In this document: positions 48,965 through 58,361 of the stretch, in pieces
Layout: each line of letters begins with the position of its first letter
How positions within the stretch are numbered: the first letter of the stretch is position 1
Origin: Candidatus Kerfeldbacteria bacterium
GTDB lineage: Bacteria; Patescibacteriota; Patescibacteriia; SBBC01; CAIJZX01
Direction of reading: 5' to 3'
Length of the DNA stretch: 64,000 bases
Assembly: GCA_016193315.1 (NCBI GenBank)
Contig: JACPSJ010000001.1
Coordinates: 91,981 to 155,980, forward strand
The notes under the pieces: generated by a model
What the model saw: the letters and a program-made list of their open reading frames with translations, nothing else
The model's database searches: none
What the model was told of the DNA's origin: nothing
Program-made: the position numbers and the translations under genes

Positions 48965-49225
48965 CTGGTTCCTCCTGGTTGGAAGTTTCGTTGACTCTGG
49001 TTTCCCCGGAGACGGCGAAACGAAGACTAGCCAGTCCGTCCACTCCTGTCAAGGCGTTCAATCTGGCGGAGTTGGGAGGACCGGGTGGGGCGTCGGCTGG
49101 TTGGACCACTCCGGCCCTCGACTTCGCTCGGGCCGCCCCTCCGCAGTGAGGAGGGGATGATGTGGAGCCCCGCCCCGGTGAAAAGTTAGTACCCTTTTTG
49201 TGACCGCATGATTTTAGACCGTCGG

Positions 49226-49257
49226 AAAATAGGGCTCGACTAACAGCATCGAGCCCC
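49226..49257 (-). terminator. hairpin terminator after the candidate ncRNA
   Basis: gggctcga/tcgagccc stem followed by tatttt on the minus strand. Confidence 0.55.
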
Positions 49258-49258
49258 T

Positions 49259-49493
49259 GATTGATCAGGATCCCTGGTGCTCCCATCGTGGCTGTCGAGC
49301 CAGGATGTGAGGTTCGAAATTCCTGGGGCGGTATTTCACTGTCGGCTCCATCTCGACCACGATCGAGACTTCGCAGCCTCCCGCCTACGCTTCGCTTCGG
49401 AATTCCCACCAATGGGCATTGGGCTTGTGGGGTTCGAACCACTCATCCCCTTGCAGGGCGACATCCACGTCTGGTGCCCCTACCCGATCGATC
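49259..49493 (-). ncRNA. candidate novel ncRNA containing a 23S rRNA L1-stalk-like module
   Basis: three long-range stems plus the apex gcgtaggcgggaggctgcgaag...tggagccgacagtgaaataccgccc; TTGACA-17-CACGAT upstream. Confidence 0.65.
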
Positions 49494-49630
49494 CCATCCA
49501 TCGTGGACGAGGCAAATGGGAGTGTCAAGTGATATACTAGAAACATGAGAATCGGAGCACCCCCCTCGACTTCGCTTGCGCTCCGCTCGGGGCAGGCTGC
49601 CTTTCGTGGAAGTCCTGAATTGACCAGGCG

Positions 49631-50476
49631 ATGAAGATTGGGGCACACGTTTCAGCGGCTGGCGGTATTTTCAACGCCCCGGCCAACGCCGCTAAAATCG
49701 GTTGCGAGGTCTTTCAAGTCTTCACCCGCTCGCCGCAGGGCGGACCGGCGCCGAAATTGACCGAAGAAATTGTCGGACAGTTTAAAGCCGAGACGAAAAA
49801 GCATCGCCTTGGCGACTTCGCCATCCACACGCCGTACTATATTAACTTCGCTTCGACCACGCCGCGAATTCGGTACGGCTCGATCGGCATCGTGCGAGAA
49901 GAACTTGAACGTGGCACCTTGCTCGGCGCGAAGTACGTCATCACCCACCTCGGTTCGACCAAAGATGCTGGCAAAGCACTCGGTTTTCACAAAACCTGGC
50001 GGGCGATTCAGCGCATTCTTGACGGTTATAAAGGCACAACTGAGCTACTGATGGAACTTTCGGCCGGGGCCGGCGACCTCGTCGGCGGTACCTTTGAGGA
50101 GCTGGCTTCGCTGATCAAGCACATCGAAAGCAAAACCGCCGACCGAGGTAAAGTGAACGTCTGTCTCGATACTTGCCACCTGTTCGCCGCTGGCTATGAC
50201 GTCCGGACGAAGACCGCGCTGGCAGAAACCATCAGGCGATTTGACCAGACGGTCGGGTTGAAACGGTTGAAATATTTCCACGGCAACGACTCAGTCGGCG
50301 GTTTGGGTGAGCATAAAGATCGGCACCAGCACATTGGCCAGGGTCAGATTGGTATGGAGGGGTTCCGGGCTTTGGTGAACCACCCGAAGTTGAAATATCT
50401 TGATTTGGTGGTAGAAACCCCGTGGGATGGCAGTTTTGCTGAGGATGTCAAAGTTTTGAAGAAGCTCAGGCGATGA
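49631..50476 (+). CDS. nfo: endonuclease IV
   Basis: IGAHVSAAGG, HTPYYIN, CLDTCH, ND, DRH.HIG.G, VETP. Confidence 0.95.
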   Translation: MKIGAHVSAAGGIFNAPANAAKIGCEVFQVFTRSPQGGPAPKLTEEIVGQFKAETKKHRLGDFAIHTPYYINFASTTPRIRYGSIGIVREELERGTLLGAKYVITHLGSTKDAGKALGFHKTWRAIQRILDGYKGTTELLMELSAGAGDLVGGTFEELASLIKHIESKTADRGKVNVCLDTCHLFAAGYDVRTKTALAETIRRFDQTVGLKRLKYFHGNDSVGGLGEHKDRHQHIGQGQIGMEGFRALVNHPKLKYLDLVVETPWDGSFAEDVKVLKKLRR

Positions 50477-51102
50477 AGTGGTGGCAGAGTTCGAAAGGTT
50501 GGTGGTGGCTGGGCGCCACACTTGGAGTATGGTGCGTCCTAATACTATTTACCCCCTGGCCAACCCAAGTTCTCGGACTGCCATTGACGGTTGGTGAAAC
50601 TCCAGGCTCGGCTGATGTCATCATCGTGTTGGGTGCGGGGACACGTCGCGGTCCGGTGTCTCTCCCAGTTCAGGCGATGGATCGTCTGCGGCAGGCCAAG
50701 CGGCTGTGGGATCAAGACCTGGCGCCGCTGGTGATTGTGGCCGGGGGATTCAGCCGCCGTACGCACCAAGCCGAATCAAGATACATGAAGCCGTACCTAA
50801 CCTCACTTGGTGTGCCCAACGAGTCCATCATCGAAGAAAACCAATCGCTGGATACTTACCAAAACGCCATCAACAGCCAACGTCTCATGGAAGCCAACCG
50901 TTGGGATACGGCCCTGGTCGTGACTAGCAGTTATCATACCTGGCGCAGCTGTCGAGTTTTCCGGGCCCTCAGGGTGGACATCGTTTGTGTGGCCGCGTCG
51001 CTTGACGACCATGATTCGGTATACGAACGACTGATAAACTTTCGTTCGGTGGTGCGAGAATATGGGGCGATCGTTTATTACTGGTTACGCGGATATCTGT
51101 AA
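50473..51102 (+). CDS. YdcF/DUF218 family protein
   Basis: ADVIIVLG, E..S.DTYQNA, VVTS.YH..R, REY. Confidence 0.88.
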   Translation: MKWWQSSKGWWWLGATLGVWCVLILFTPWPTQVLGLPLTVGETPGSADVIIVLGAGTRRGPVSLPVQAMDRLRQAKRLWDQDLAPLVIVAGGFSRRTHQAESRYMKPYLTSLGVPNESIIEENQSLDTYQNAINSQRLMEANRWDTALVVTSSYHTWRSCRVFRALRVDIVCVAASLDDHDSVYERLINFRSVVREYGAIVYYWLRGYL

Positions 51103-51181
51103 AGGCGATTTCGTTCGCTCCGCACCATGCACCAGCCGAGCAAGTTGCCGGCGGAATGTACGGTAGAAAAAACACGGGACG

Positions 51182-51412
51182 CTAGTCTCCGTGACTGGTG
51201 GGGCTAGGCACCGGGACCAATTCGGCTCGTGCGGCATCGGCGTCGAGCCCGCGGAATGGCAGTGATCCTTCTGGTGGGTCGGACTCTGGCGGCCTGACGA
51301 TGGCGGCCTGAGCGCAGCACGGCCGCTGGTGGTGCATGGTGATGCCGGGGATGCCGGAGTGACAAATGCAGCCACAAGAGGGAGCTGACCAATGTTCTGG
51401 GGCGCGCGGCAT
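51182..51412 (-). CDS. small Cys/His-rich hypothetical protein
   Basis: GGAGGA RBS; CGCICH...HH..PCC. Confidence 0.45.
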   Translation of the reverse strand: MPRAPEHWSAPSCGCICHSGIPGITMHHQRPCCAQAAIVRPPESDPPEGSLPFRGLDADAARAELVPVPSPTSHGD

Positions 51413-51500
51413 GATGTCCTCCCAAGGAACGAGGTGGACCGGTGGACGCCGTGAGTTTACGCCGACCGCGGTTGATTGGTAACTGTGCTAGAATGAATGC

Positions 51501-52040
51501 ATGTTTGTGGCCGTCATGTCCGATCTCCACGACAACGTCGCCAACTGGCAGTTGATCGCCAAGTTCCTGGCCGAAGAAAACATCCAAACACTGATCAACT
51601 GCGGCGACACGGCCGCTCCGGCAATGTTGCAAGAAATGTCGCGGGCGTTCGCGGGGCAGATCCACACCGTCTTCGGAAACGTTGCCGATCGTGAACTCGA
51701 AACAACCGTGGTGGCAGCATTAGCAAATGTTACGCACTACGGCGAACATGGCGAGGTGATGATGGCGGATAAAAAGATTTTTTTCACGCATCAGCCGAAG
51801 CATGCAGAAGCCGCGGCCGCCCTCGGCCCGCTTTTCGGCGGAGCCTCGCCTGTGGCGGGGCGTGCCGGCGGTGCCTACGACCTAATTTGTCATGGACACA
51901 CCCACCTGAAGCGGTGGGAGAAACGTGGCCGAACGTATTTCCTCAACCCCGGCACCGCCGGCGGCATGTTCCAATATCCAAGTTTTGCAGTCGTGGAGTT
52001 AGTCAACATGACCTGTAGTTTTCAGGACGTGCGGCTCTAG
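51501..52040 (+). CDS. YfcE-family metallophosphoesterase
   Basis: SDLHDN, CGD, GN, TH, GHTH, LNPG. Confidence 0.88.
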   Translation: MFVAVMSDLHDNVANWQLIAKFLAEENIQTLINCGDTAAPAMLQEMSRAFAGQIHTVFGNVADRELETTVVAALANVTHYGEHGEVMMADKKIFFTHQPKHAEAAAALGPLFGGASPVAGRAGGAYDLICHGHTHLKRWEKRGRTYFLNPGTAGGMFQYPSFAVVELVNMTCSFQDVRL

Positions 52041-52049
52041 TCTGTCTCC

Positions 52050-52949
52050 ATGCCCTGGTACGGTTACGCACTGATCGCGGCGGTCTCCATTGCCGCCGTT
52101 GGGTTACTGCAAAAACGAAACCTCCAACAGGAGCATTCCACCGAGTATGTGACGGTCTTTAGCAGCATTAAGTTGCTGCTTTTCCTCTTACTCTTCGGGC
52201 GGGTCGTGGACTGGCACGTGACGAGCAATCAATTCATCCTGCTCGTCATCGACGGCATCTTAGCCTCGATCGCTTTCTACCTGACCGCCAAGGCCATGCG
52301 CCGGCTCGAACTATCAACGGTCTTGCCGGTCCTCAGCCTGGAACCAGGATTGGTGGCGGTGCTGGCCGCCATGTTTCTCGGCGAAATTATTCGCGGCGGC
52401 CACTTACTCGGGCTGGGACTGCTGGTGGTCGGCGCCTATGTCTTGGAGTTTGAGCGCCAACACGCCCACCCAGCCACTATCAGTCCAGCCCAAACCCTAA
52501 TCAATCCGCTTCGTCGCTTGATCGCCCGGCCCGGAGGAGGCTACGCTTTTGGCGCGCTGTTCTTCTTCTCCGCTTCCAGTGTGCTCGATCGCTACCTGCT
52601 CCAGCACGTCCCGACCACCACCTACCTAGCCTACATTTTCACCACCATGACCATTTTCTTCCTGCTTCGGTTCTTTCTCATCCGCGAACAGCTGGTCGTT
52701 TTTCGCCGCGGCTATCGGCCCCTGCTTTTCACCATCGTGGCCATTGCCGGTTTGCACCTGCTCTCCAACTACAGCCAGGCGCAGGCCACGGGCTTGGCGG
52801 CGGTCGGTTTAGTCATTGCCTTAAAGCGGTTGTCGGTGCTGCTCGACGTCATCATCGGCGGCCGGTTCTTTCACGAACATCACCTGGCTCAAAAAACCGT
52901 GGCGTCGCTGATTGTGCTCATCGGTGCCTACTTCATCGTGGCCACGTAA
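52050..52949 (+). CDS. EamA/DMT family transporter
   Basis: about 10 TMs in two repeats; FLGE and FFHE motifs. Confidence 0.85.
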   Translation: MPWYGYALIAAVSIAAVGLLQKRNLQQEHSTEYVTVFSSIKLLLFLLLFGRVVDWHVTSNQFILLVIDGILASIAFYLTAKAMRRLELSTVLPVLSLEPGLVAVLAAMFLGEIIRGGHLLGLGLLVVGAYVLEFERQHAHPATISPAQTLINPLRRLIARPGGGYAFGALFFFSASSVLDRYLLQHVPTTTYLAYIFTTMTIFFLLRFFLIREQLVVFRRGYRPLLFTIVAIAGLHLLSNYSQAQATGLAAVGLVIALKRLSVLLDVIIGGRFFHEHHLAQKTVASLIVLIGAYFIVAT

Positions 52950-53527
52950 TGACCATCCCAGACGCGAGTACGCTGACAAGCCTCGAACATATATCCACCG
53001 CGGTCCATGACTGCACGGCTTGTCCGCTATCGCCAGGCCGGCTGAAAGCCGTACCTGGCGATGGCGATCCCAATAGCGACCTGCTCTTCATCGGTGAAGG
53101 CCCCGGGCAAAAGGAAGATGAAATTGGCCGGCCATTCGTCGGCGCAGCTGGGAAGTTTCTCGACGAAATGCTCGCGGCCATCAACAAAACTAGGGCCGAC
53201 GTCTTTGTTACCAACATAGTCAAATGCCGGCCGCCAAGCAACCGCGATCCCGAACCAAGCGAAATCACCACCTGCACTGATTTGTATTTGTGGAAACAGA
53301 TTGGGCTGATCGCCCCGAAGTTGATTGTCACGCTCGGTCGTCACTCGATGGCTTTGTTCCTGCCGGCGACAATGAAGATTAGTCAGGTTCATGGCCAGCC
53401 GAAGCGGTTCAGAGGACGGGTGGTCCTGCCGCTTTACCATCCGGCCGCGGCGTTGTATAACAATGCGATGCGCGAAACCTTGATTCGGGACTTCAGGAAA
53501 ATTCCGAACGTCTTAAGAAAAATCTGA
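52949..53527 (+). CDS. uracil-DNA glycosylase family 4
   Basis: C..C, GEGPG..ED..GRPFVG, KCRPP.NRDP, YHPAA. Confidence 0.93.
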   Translation: MTIPDASTLTSLEHISTAVHDCTACPLSPGRLKAVPGDGDPNSDLLFIGEGPGQKEDEIGRPFVGAAGKFLDEMLAAINKTRADVFVTNIVKCRPPSNRDPEPSEITTCTDLYLWKQIGLIAPKLIVTLGRHSMALFLPATMKISQVHGQPKRFRGRVVLPLYHPAAALYNNAMRETLIRDFRKIPNVLRKI

Positions 53528-53572
53528 TCAGTTGATCGAAATATGTTTTTGTGCTATAGTCGCCGCTGCCCT

Positions 53573-53769
53573 GGCCTGGTAGCCAAGTGGGGGAGGTGGA
53601 CCGCAATCCCGCCCCACATCGGCCCCAACGAGATAGCCTTTCATACGGCCACGTAGCCAAGGGGTAAGGCAGGAGTCTGCAAAACTCCTATTCGCGGGTT
53701 CGATTCCCGCCGTGGCCTCAAACTAGGAAAATGGGCCGATGTGGGGCGGGACGAATCCCCTCCAGGCCT
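53573..53769 (+). pseudogene. split decayed tRNA-Cys shell
   Basis: ggcctggtagccaagtgg...ccGCAa at the 5' side; cgaatcccctccaggcc-t at the 3' side; perfect 7-bp acceptor stem and U73. Confidence 0.7.
53647..53718 (+). tRNA. tRNA-Cys(GCA)
   Basis: cloverleaf; ggagt-ctGCAaa-actcc. Confidence 0.95.
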
Positions 53770-53773
53770 GAAT

Positions 53774-54013
<240 letters not shown>

Positions 54014-54047
54014 AACCATGAATCTCGCACTAGACGAGCGACACCCC

Positions 54048-54134
54048 GCCGGAGTGGCGAAATTGGTAAACGCACGGGACTTAAAATCCCGAGGAGGAAA
54101 CTCCCTGTGGGTTCGATTCCCACCTCCGGCACCA
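54048..54134 (+). tRNA. tRNA-Leu(TAA)
   Basis: cggga-ctTAAaa-tcccg; long variable arm; encoded CCA. Confidence 0.95.
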
Positions 54135-54297
54135 ATTACAACTTGTCATTTTTTCACGAGCGCGCGCGACCGCCAAGTATTCAGATTTGGGCGTAAATTC
54201 GAGTCGGCGATTTCGCCGCGATTGTCCAAAACCGCCAAAGAACCCGTCAAAAACATCGGCTCGAACGATATTTTGATTTTGGGAGAAGAAACATTTT

Positions 54298-55056
54298 ATG
54301 AATTTGGATGCTATAACTGAAATTGTTAAACGAGGATATACAGATAAAGAAGTTGCAAAACACTACGGGAGTGTTACAGAAATCTGGCCTGAAGAAAAAT
54401 TTATTTTCGATAGATTTTTCAAAAATGTTGGGCATATTCTCGATATAGGTTGCGGTGGTGGCCGCACTTCTTTTTACTTGGCCAGTCTTGGTAATAAAGT
54501 TACAGCAATTGATTTGTCGTCCCCGCTCATAGGGGCCGCAAAGCGAAGGCTTGCGAAAGAACCGGCGAATATTGAGTTTGATGTTAAAGACGACCAACAT
54601 TTAGGTTATCCAGATAATTATTTTGACGGAATAATTTTTTCATTTAATGGCATTGGATATATTGCGCGGGCAGAAGGAAAAACGGAGTTTCTAAAGGTGG
54701 TTCGTAGAATGTTGAAACAAGATAAATTTTTCTTTTTTACAGCACATAATTTGTGGTCAATAAACGCATATTTTCTGGGCAACATTCTGCGGGTTACAAA
54801 AATATTATTCTCAAAATTATTCCATATCAATATTCGGGAAAAAGAATATGGGGAAAAATATGATGATACGCCTAATATTGAAGTCCCATATATTGATATC
54901 AAGCCCAAAAGGAAATGGGACGAGATTATCAAACAATCTGAATTTAAGGTTGCGTATTTTAATTCTAAATATGGCATAAGAGATAAAAGATCATTTTCTC
55001 TATTCAAAGATTATTCTGGTGCAAGTAACTATTTGTTCTTTGTATTGCAGAAATAA
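54298..55056 (+). CDS. class I SAM-dependent methyltransferase (AT-rich)
   Basis: ILDIGCGGGR; strongly AT-rich compared with neighbours. Confidence 0.88.
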   Translation: MNLDAITEIVKRGYTDKEVAKHYGSVTEIWPEEKFIFDRFFKNVGHILDIGCGGGRTSFYLASLGNKVTAIDLSSPLIGAAKRRLAKEPANIEFDVKDDQHLGYPDNYFDGIIFSFNGIGYIARAEGKTEFLKVVRRMLKQDKFFFFTAHNLWSINAYFLGNILRVTKILFSKLFHINIREKEYGEKYDDTPNIEVPYIDIKPKRKWDEIIKQSEFKVAYFNSKYGIRDKRSFSLFKDYSGASNYLFFVLQK

Positions 55057-55198
55057 TTCTAATATGCGGCCAAAAAAACTTGAAATTGTCATTCGTGCGG
55101 CTCCGCCGCCTTTCCGGATTTTCGCGGGGGGACTTCCTCGCCGCCTGTGGCGGCGAAAGCGGTTCGGACTAATTTACGTATTCTGCACCAAGACATTC

Positions 55199-55705
55199 GT
55201 GAAATCACTCCTGATCAGTCTGGTATTACTCTGGCCTGTGACGGCGCTCGCCCATGGCGGCGTCCAGCAGCACGTCGGGGATACGCATGTGACTCTCATT
55301 CAGCAACCACTATCCCCGCTGGTCGGTGAGCCGGTCCAGCTCAGCTTTGTGGTCAGTGATCAGGACAGCCAACCGCTGCCGAAGGAGAGTTTGACCGTGC
55401 GGGTGATTGAAACGTCGCCTGATGCCAACCGCGACCGTGAGGTGGCCCGGACGCAGTTGACGACCGATAGCAACGGCGTAGCCGCGTGGAATTTTGTGTT
55501 TCCCGCCGAGCGGCTCTATGATCTAGCCCTCGACCTCCCCGACGCCACGACCGACAATGATCATGCTATTGGTTTTTTGGTTGAACCGCGAGACGTGACG
55601 CTTCCGGTCGGCTACCCGACCAGCCGGGTGTTGATGGCGATGGGGATCGGCATTCTGGTGGGCATCGGTCTGATGCAAACGAAAGCCGCGCTGCAACAGC
55701 AATAA
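55199..55705 (+). CDS. secreted, C-terminally anchored hypothetical protein
   Basis: signal peptide ending ALA|HGG; C-terminal TM. Confidence 0.65.
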   Translation: MKSLLISLVLLWPVTALAHGGVQQHVGDTHVTLIQQPLSPLVGEPVQLSFVVSDQDSQPLPKESLTVRVIETSPDANRDREVARTQLTTDSNGVAAWNFVFPAERLYDLALDLPDATTDNDHAIGFLVEPRDVTLPVGYPTSRVLMAMGIGILVGIGLMQTKAALQQQ

Positions 55706-55798
55706 AAAAAAGCGGCTGAAAGCCGCTTGGCCCTAGACGATACGGTCGATCAGACCACGTTGCTTGAACGCACCGGCCGGGACAAAAAAAGAGCCGGG

Positions 55799-56332
55799 TT
55801 AGGGCTCGGGGTGCGGGAGCGCCACGATGACCATCGGCGTGTCGCGCCGAACGCGGAAGGCATGGGCTTCGGCGTCGGTCGGCAGCCAGACGTCAGCGTA
55901 CTCATCGCCGTAGCGTTCGTTCATCCGGTCTTCGACCGTGAAGGTTTGGTTACCGAAGACTTCGGGCAGACGGACAACGGTCCCAAAGGGCAGACCATTA
56001 TGGGCCAGCGTCCCGAAGCGAGGCCGCGAGCCGGAAGCGGTTATCCACGGCGTGCTGTCGGTGTGTTGCGGGACCGAGGCGTAGGCCGTCAGCTGGACGG
56101 TGATAGTATGCCCCACAAACCAATAGCCCGAGTTCCGGCTGACTGCCATCCGGTATGATGCTGGCAGGACTCGTCTGGCCCAGACCGGCCGTGAGCCAGG
56201 CGTCGGGAAGAGCGAGAAGACTGCGGAGGTGGCCTGGGCCGGCGCCGCCGGTTCGGCTCGCAGTCCAGTAGCATGCGACCAGCCGATGATCAGCCAGATT
56301 GCTATCAGCCACCACGATCGTTGGAAGTTCAC
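55799..56332 (-). CDS. 3D-domain peptidoglycan lytic protein
   Basis: TAYAS...TD.TP.ITASG, LPFGT.V, VEDRM, DVW. Confidence 0.85.
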   Translation of the reverse strand: MNFQRSWWLIAIWLIIGWSHATGLRAEPAAPAQATSAVFSLFPTPGSRPVWARRVLPASYRMAVSRNSGYWFVGHTITVQLTAYASVPQHTDSTPWITASGSRPRFGTLAHNGLPFGTVVRLPEVFGNQTFTVEDRMNERYGDEYADVWLPTDAEAHAFRVRRDTPMVIVALPHPEP

Positions 56333-56431
56333 ACTACCTCCTAAGTTTGTCGGCGGCGGCCGACGAGCAAATGGAAGGAACGGCCAATGATCTGGCCATG
56401 GTAGCGGAGATGCCGGCCGACGTCAACTACA

Positions 56432-57358
56432 CTACGAGGCCGCCCCTGGCGACGATTCAACTTCGGCCAGCGCCCGGTCAACCTGTTCCCCTGGCTCGCG
56501 CAGTGGACCGGTGTAGGCCAGCTTCAAGCTGGCGGCCATGGCCGCGAACTTTCCGGCCCGCAAGACATTGTCCGTTCGCGACCGTTCAGCCAGATAGGCG
56601 CCGAGATAGGTATCGCCCGCGCCGGTCGGGTCAACGAGTTTCGTTGGCGGGTAGGCCGGCAGATCATAGCCCTCATTCGTTTCGGCCTGATAAATGAATG
56701 AGCCGCGACTACCGGCAGTGATGATTACTTCGTTTGGCCCTTGTTCGCTGAAGGCGCGGGCCAATGACAAGAAACTCTCGCCGCGTTGGAGCGGAATAGC
56801 CACCTCTTCGGCCGAGACCGCGACCGTGGTCATCGGCCGGAGGTATTGTTCTTGCTCCGGCCAAGGGTCACGAGGTGCCAACCGACCTTCAGCGCTGGCG
56901 GCCCGCAAGGCGTTGCCCAGGTCCCCGACCAGGCTGACTCCGATCGTATTGCTGAAATAGTCGAGCAGTTCCGAAGAGATTTGCTGCCAAGCGCTTGGTG
57001 CCAGGACAACCTGATCGCTGGCTTCGATCGCTTGACGCATGCCGGCATTGAAATCAGCCGGACTAAAGACTTTGGAATCGAAGTGAGTAGTGGCTTCGAC
57101 TTGATCGCCACGGTGAACGTTGCTATTGACTGTCCCGGTCGGGACGGAAATGACGTGGATGCCGAGCGGGTAATCCTGGAGGGTCAGGAGGAGTTTGGCG
57201 TCGGCGCTTGGTAACCAGGTAATGAGATCAGTTTCGATCCCGCCGCGACTGAGCGCGGCCGCGGCATAGAAACCTTTGCCGCCAACAGTTTCGACTACCT
57301 GCCCCGACGGTAGTATATTACGATCACGACTGACGAATCCGATGACCGTGACTCGCAT
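56432..57358 (-). CDS. PfkB family carbohydrate kinase
   Basis: VGG, ITAGSRGS, VDPTGAGDTY. Confidence 0.88.
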   Translation of the reverse strand: MRVTVIGFVSRDRNILPSGQVVETVGGKGFYAAAALSRGGIETDLITWLPSADAKLLLTLQDYPLGIHVISVPTGTVNSNVHRGDQVEATTHFDSKVFSPADFNAGMRQAIEASDQVVLAPSAWQQISSELLDYFSNTIGVSLVGDLGNALRAASAEGRLAPRDPWPEQEQYLRPMTTVAVSAEEVAIPLQRGESFLSLARAFSEQGPNEVIITAGSRGSFIYQAETNEGYDLPAYPPTKLVDPTGAGDTYLGAYLAERSRTDNVLRAGKFAAMAASLKLAYTGPLREPGEQVDRALAEVESSPGAAS

Positions 57359-57361
57359 CGG

Positions 57362-57991
57362 CTATGGTTGGCGACGAAAGAACCTGAGGCGCTGCCACAG
57401 ACTCCGACGCCGCTCCGGCGTTCGGAGCAGGTGAACGAGGCCAGGCAACATAGACAAGATGATGATGAGCGCAATGATCGGCAGCAAGAAACGATCAATG
57501 TTGGCCACTCGTCCGCCGAGCCAGTAGCCGGCCCAGGTCAGCCCGACGACCCACAATAGGCCGCCAATGAGGTTGTAGATCATGAATCGACCGTAGTCCA
57601 TGCGTCCTACCCCGGCCACAATCGGGGCGAAGGTACGAACAATGGGGATAAATCGGGCCAAGATGATCGTCTTGCCGCCGTGCTGTTCGTAGAACCGTTC
57701 GGCCCGCTCAAGATTTTCATGCTTGAACAATCGAGAATCCGGGCGGCGGAATAAGCTGCGGCCAAAGCGATGGCCGATCCAATAACCGACGGCCACCCCG
57801 ACCACGGCCGCCAGGAAAAGTGTGACTACCAGAATCCAGATATTGAAATATCCCTGGGCGGCCAGAAATCCGGCGGTGAACAGTAAGCTGTCGCCGGGGA
57901 GAAAGAAACCGATCAGCAGGCCGTTTTCGGCAAAGACGATGGCCGCGATGCCGAGGAGGCCGACAGCCTGTACAATCGCCTCGATGTTCAT
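57362..57991 (-). CDS. DedA family protein
   Basis: FAENGLLIGFFLPGDSLLF, ARFIPIVRTF. Confidence 0.93.
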   Translation of the reverse strand: MNIEAIVQAVGLLGIAAIVFAENGLLIGFFLPGDSLLFTAGFLAAQGYFNIWILVVTLFLAAVVGVAVGYWIGHRFGRSLFRRPDSRLFKHENLERAERFYEQHGGKTIILARFIPIVRTFAPIVAGVGRMDYGRFMIYNLIGGLLWVVGLTWAGYWLGGRVANIDRFLLPIIALIIILSMLPGLVHLLRTPERRRSLWQRLRFFRRQP

Positions 57992-58018
57992 GATCGACGG
58001 ACAATCATGGCGGCGGAG

Positions 58019-58357
58019 TCAACGCTTCGTCAATCGATCGATTTTCGCCGCCAGGATAAAATCATTCTCATGCAGCCCACCAATAGCATGCGTCCAGTTT
58101 TCGACCCGGACTTTGTTCCAGTGGATATGGAGATCAGGATGGTGCCCTTCGGTCTCGGCGACATCCCTCACCTTGTTAACAAAGGCGATCGAGTCAGCAA
58201 AATCCTTGAACGTGAATGATTTGGCCAATGATGGATGATGATCGACCGTCGTTACTTCCCAGCCGGACACTTGTGGTTTCAGCCGCTCAATCTGTTCGGG
58301 CGTCAATGGCGGTTCGCCGCCTTCGCATGGAACGCACCGTTTCTTGTGCAGTTCCAT
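58019..58357 (-). CDS. pterin-4-alpha-carbinolamine dehydratase
   Basis: CVPCEGG, AE.EGHHPD, WTHAIGGL.ENDFILAAKID. Confidence 0.92.
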   Translation of the reverse strand: MELHKKRCVPCEGGEPPLTPEQIERLKPQVSGWEVTTVDHHPSLAKSFTFKDFADSIAFVNKVRDVAETEGHHPDLHIHWNKVRVENWTHAIGGLHENDFILAAKIDRLTKR

Positions 58358-58361
58358 CTGT

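Noticed and set aside
49325-49390. 23S rRNA gene
   Set aside because: Only about 65 nt resemble 23S; the flanks form an independent rod between protein genes.
54014-54230. Nested shell around tRNA-Leu(TAA)
   Set aside because: No convincing IR or tRNA halves.
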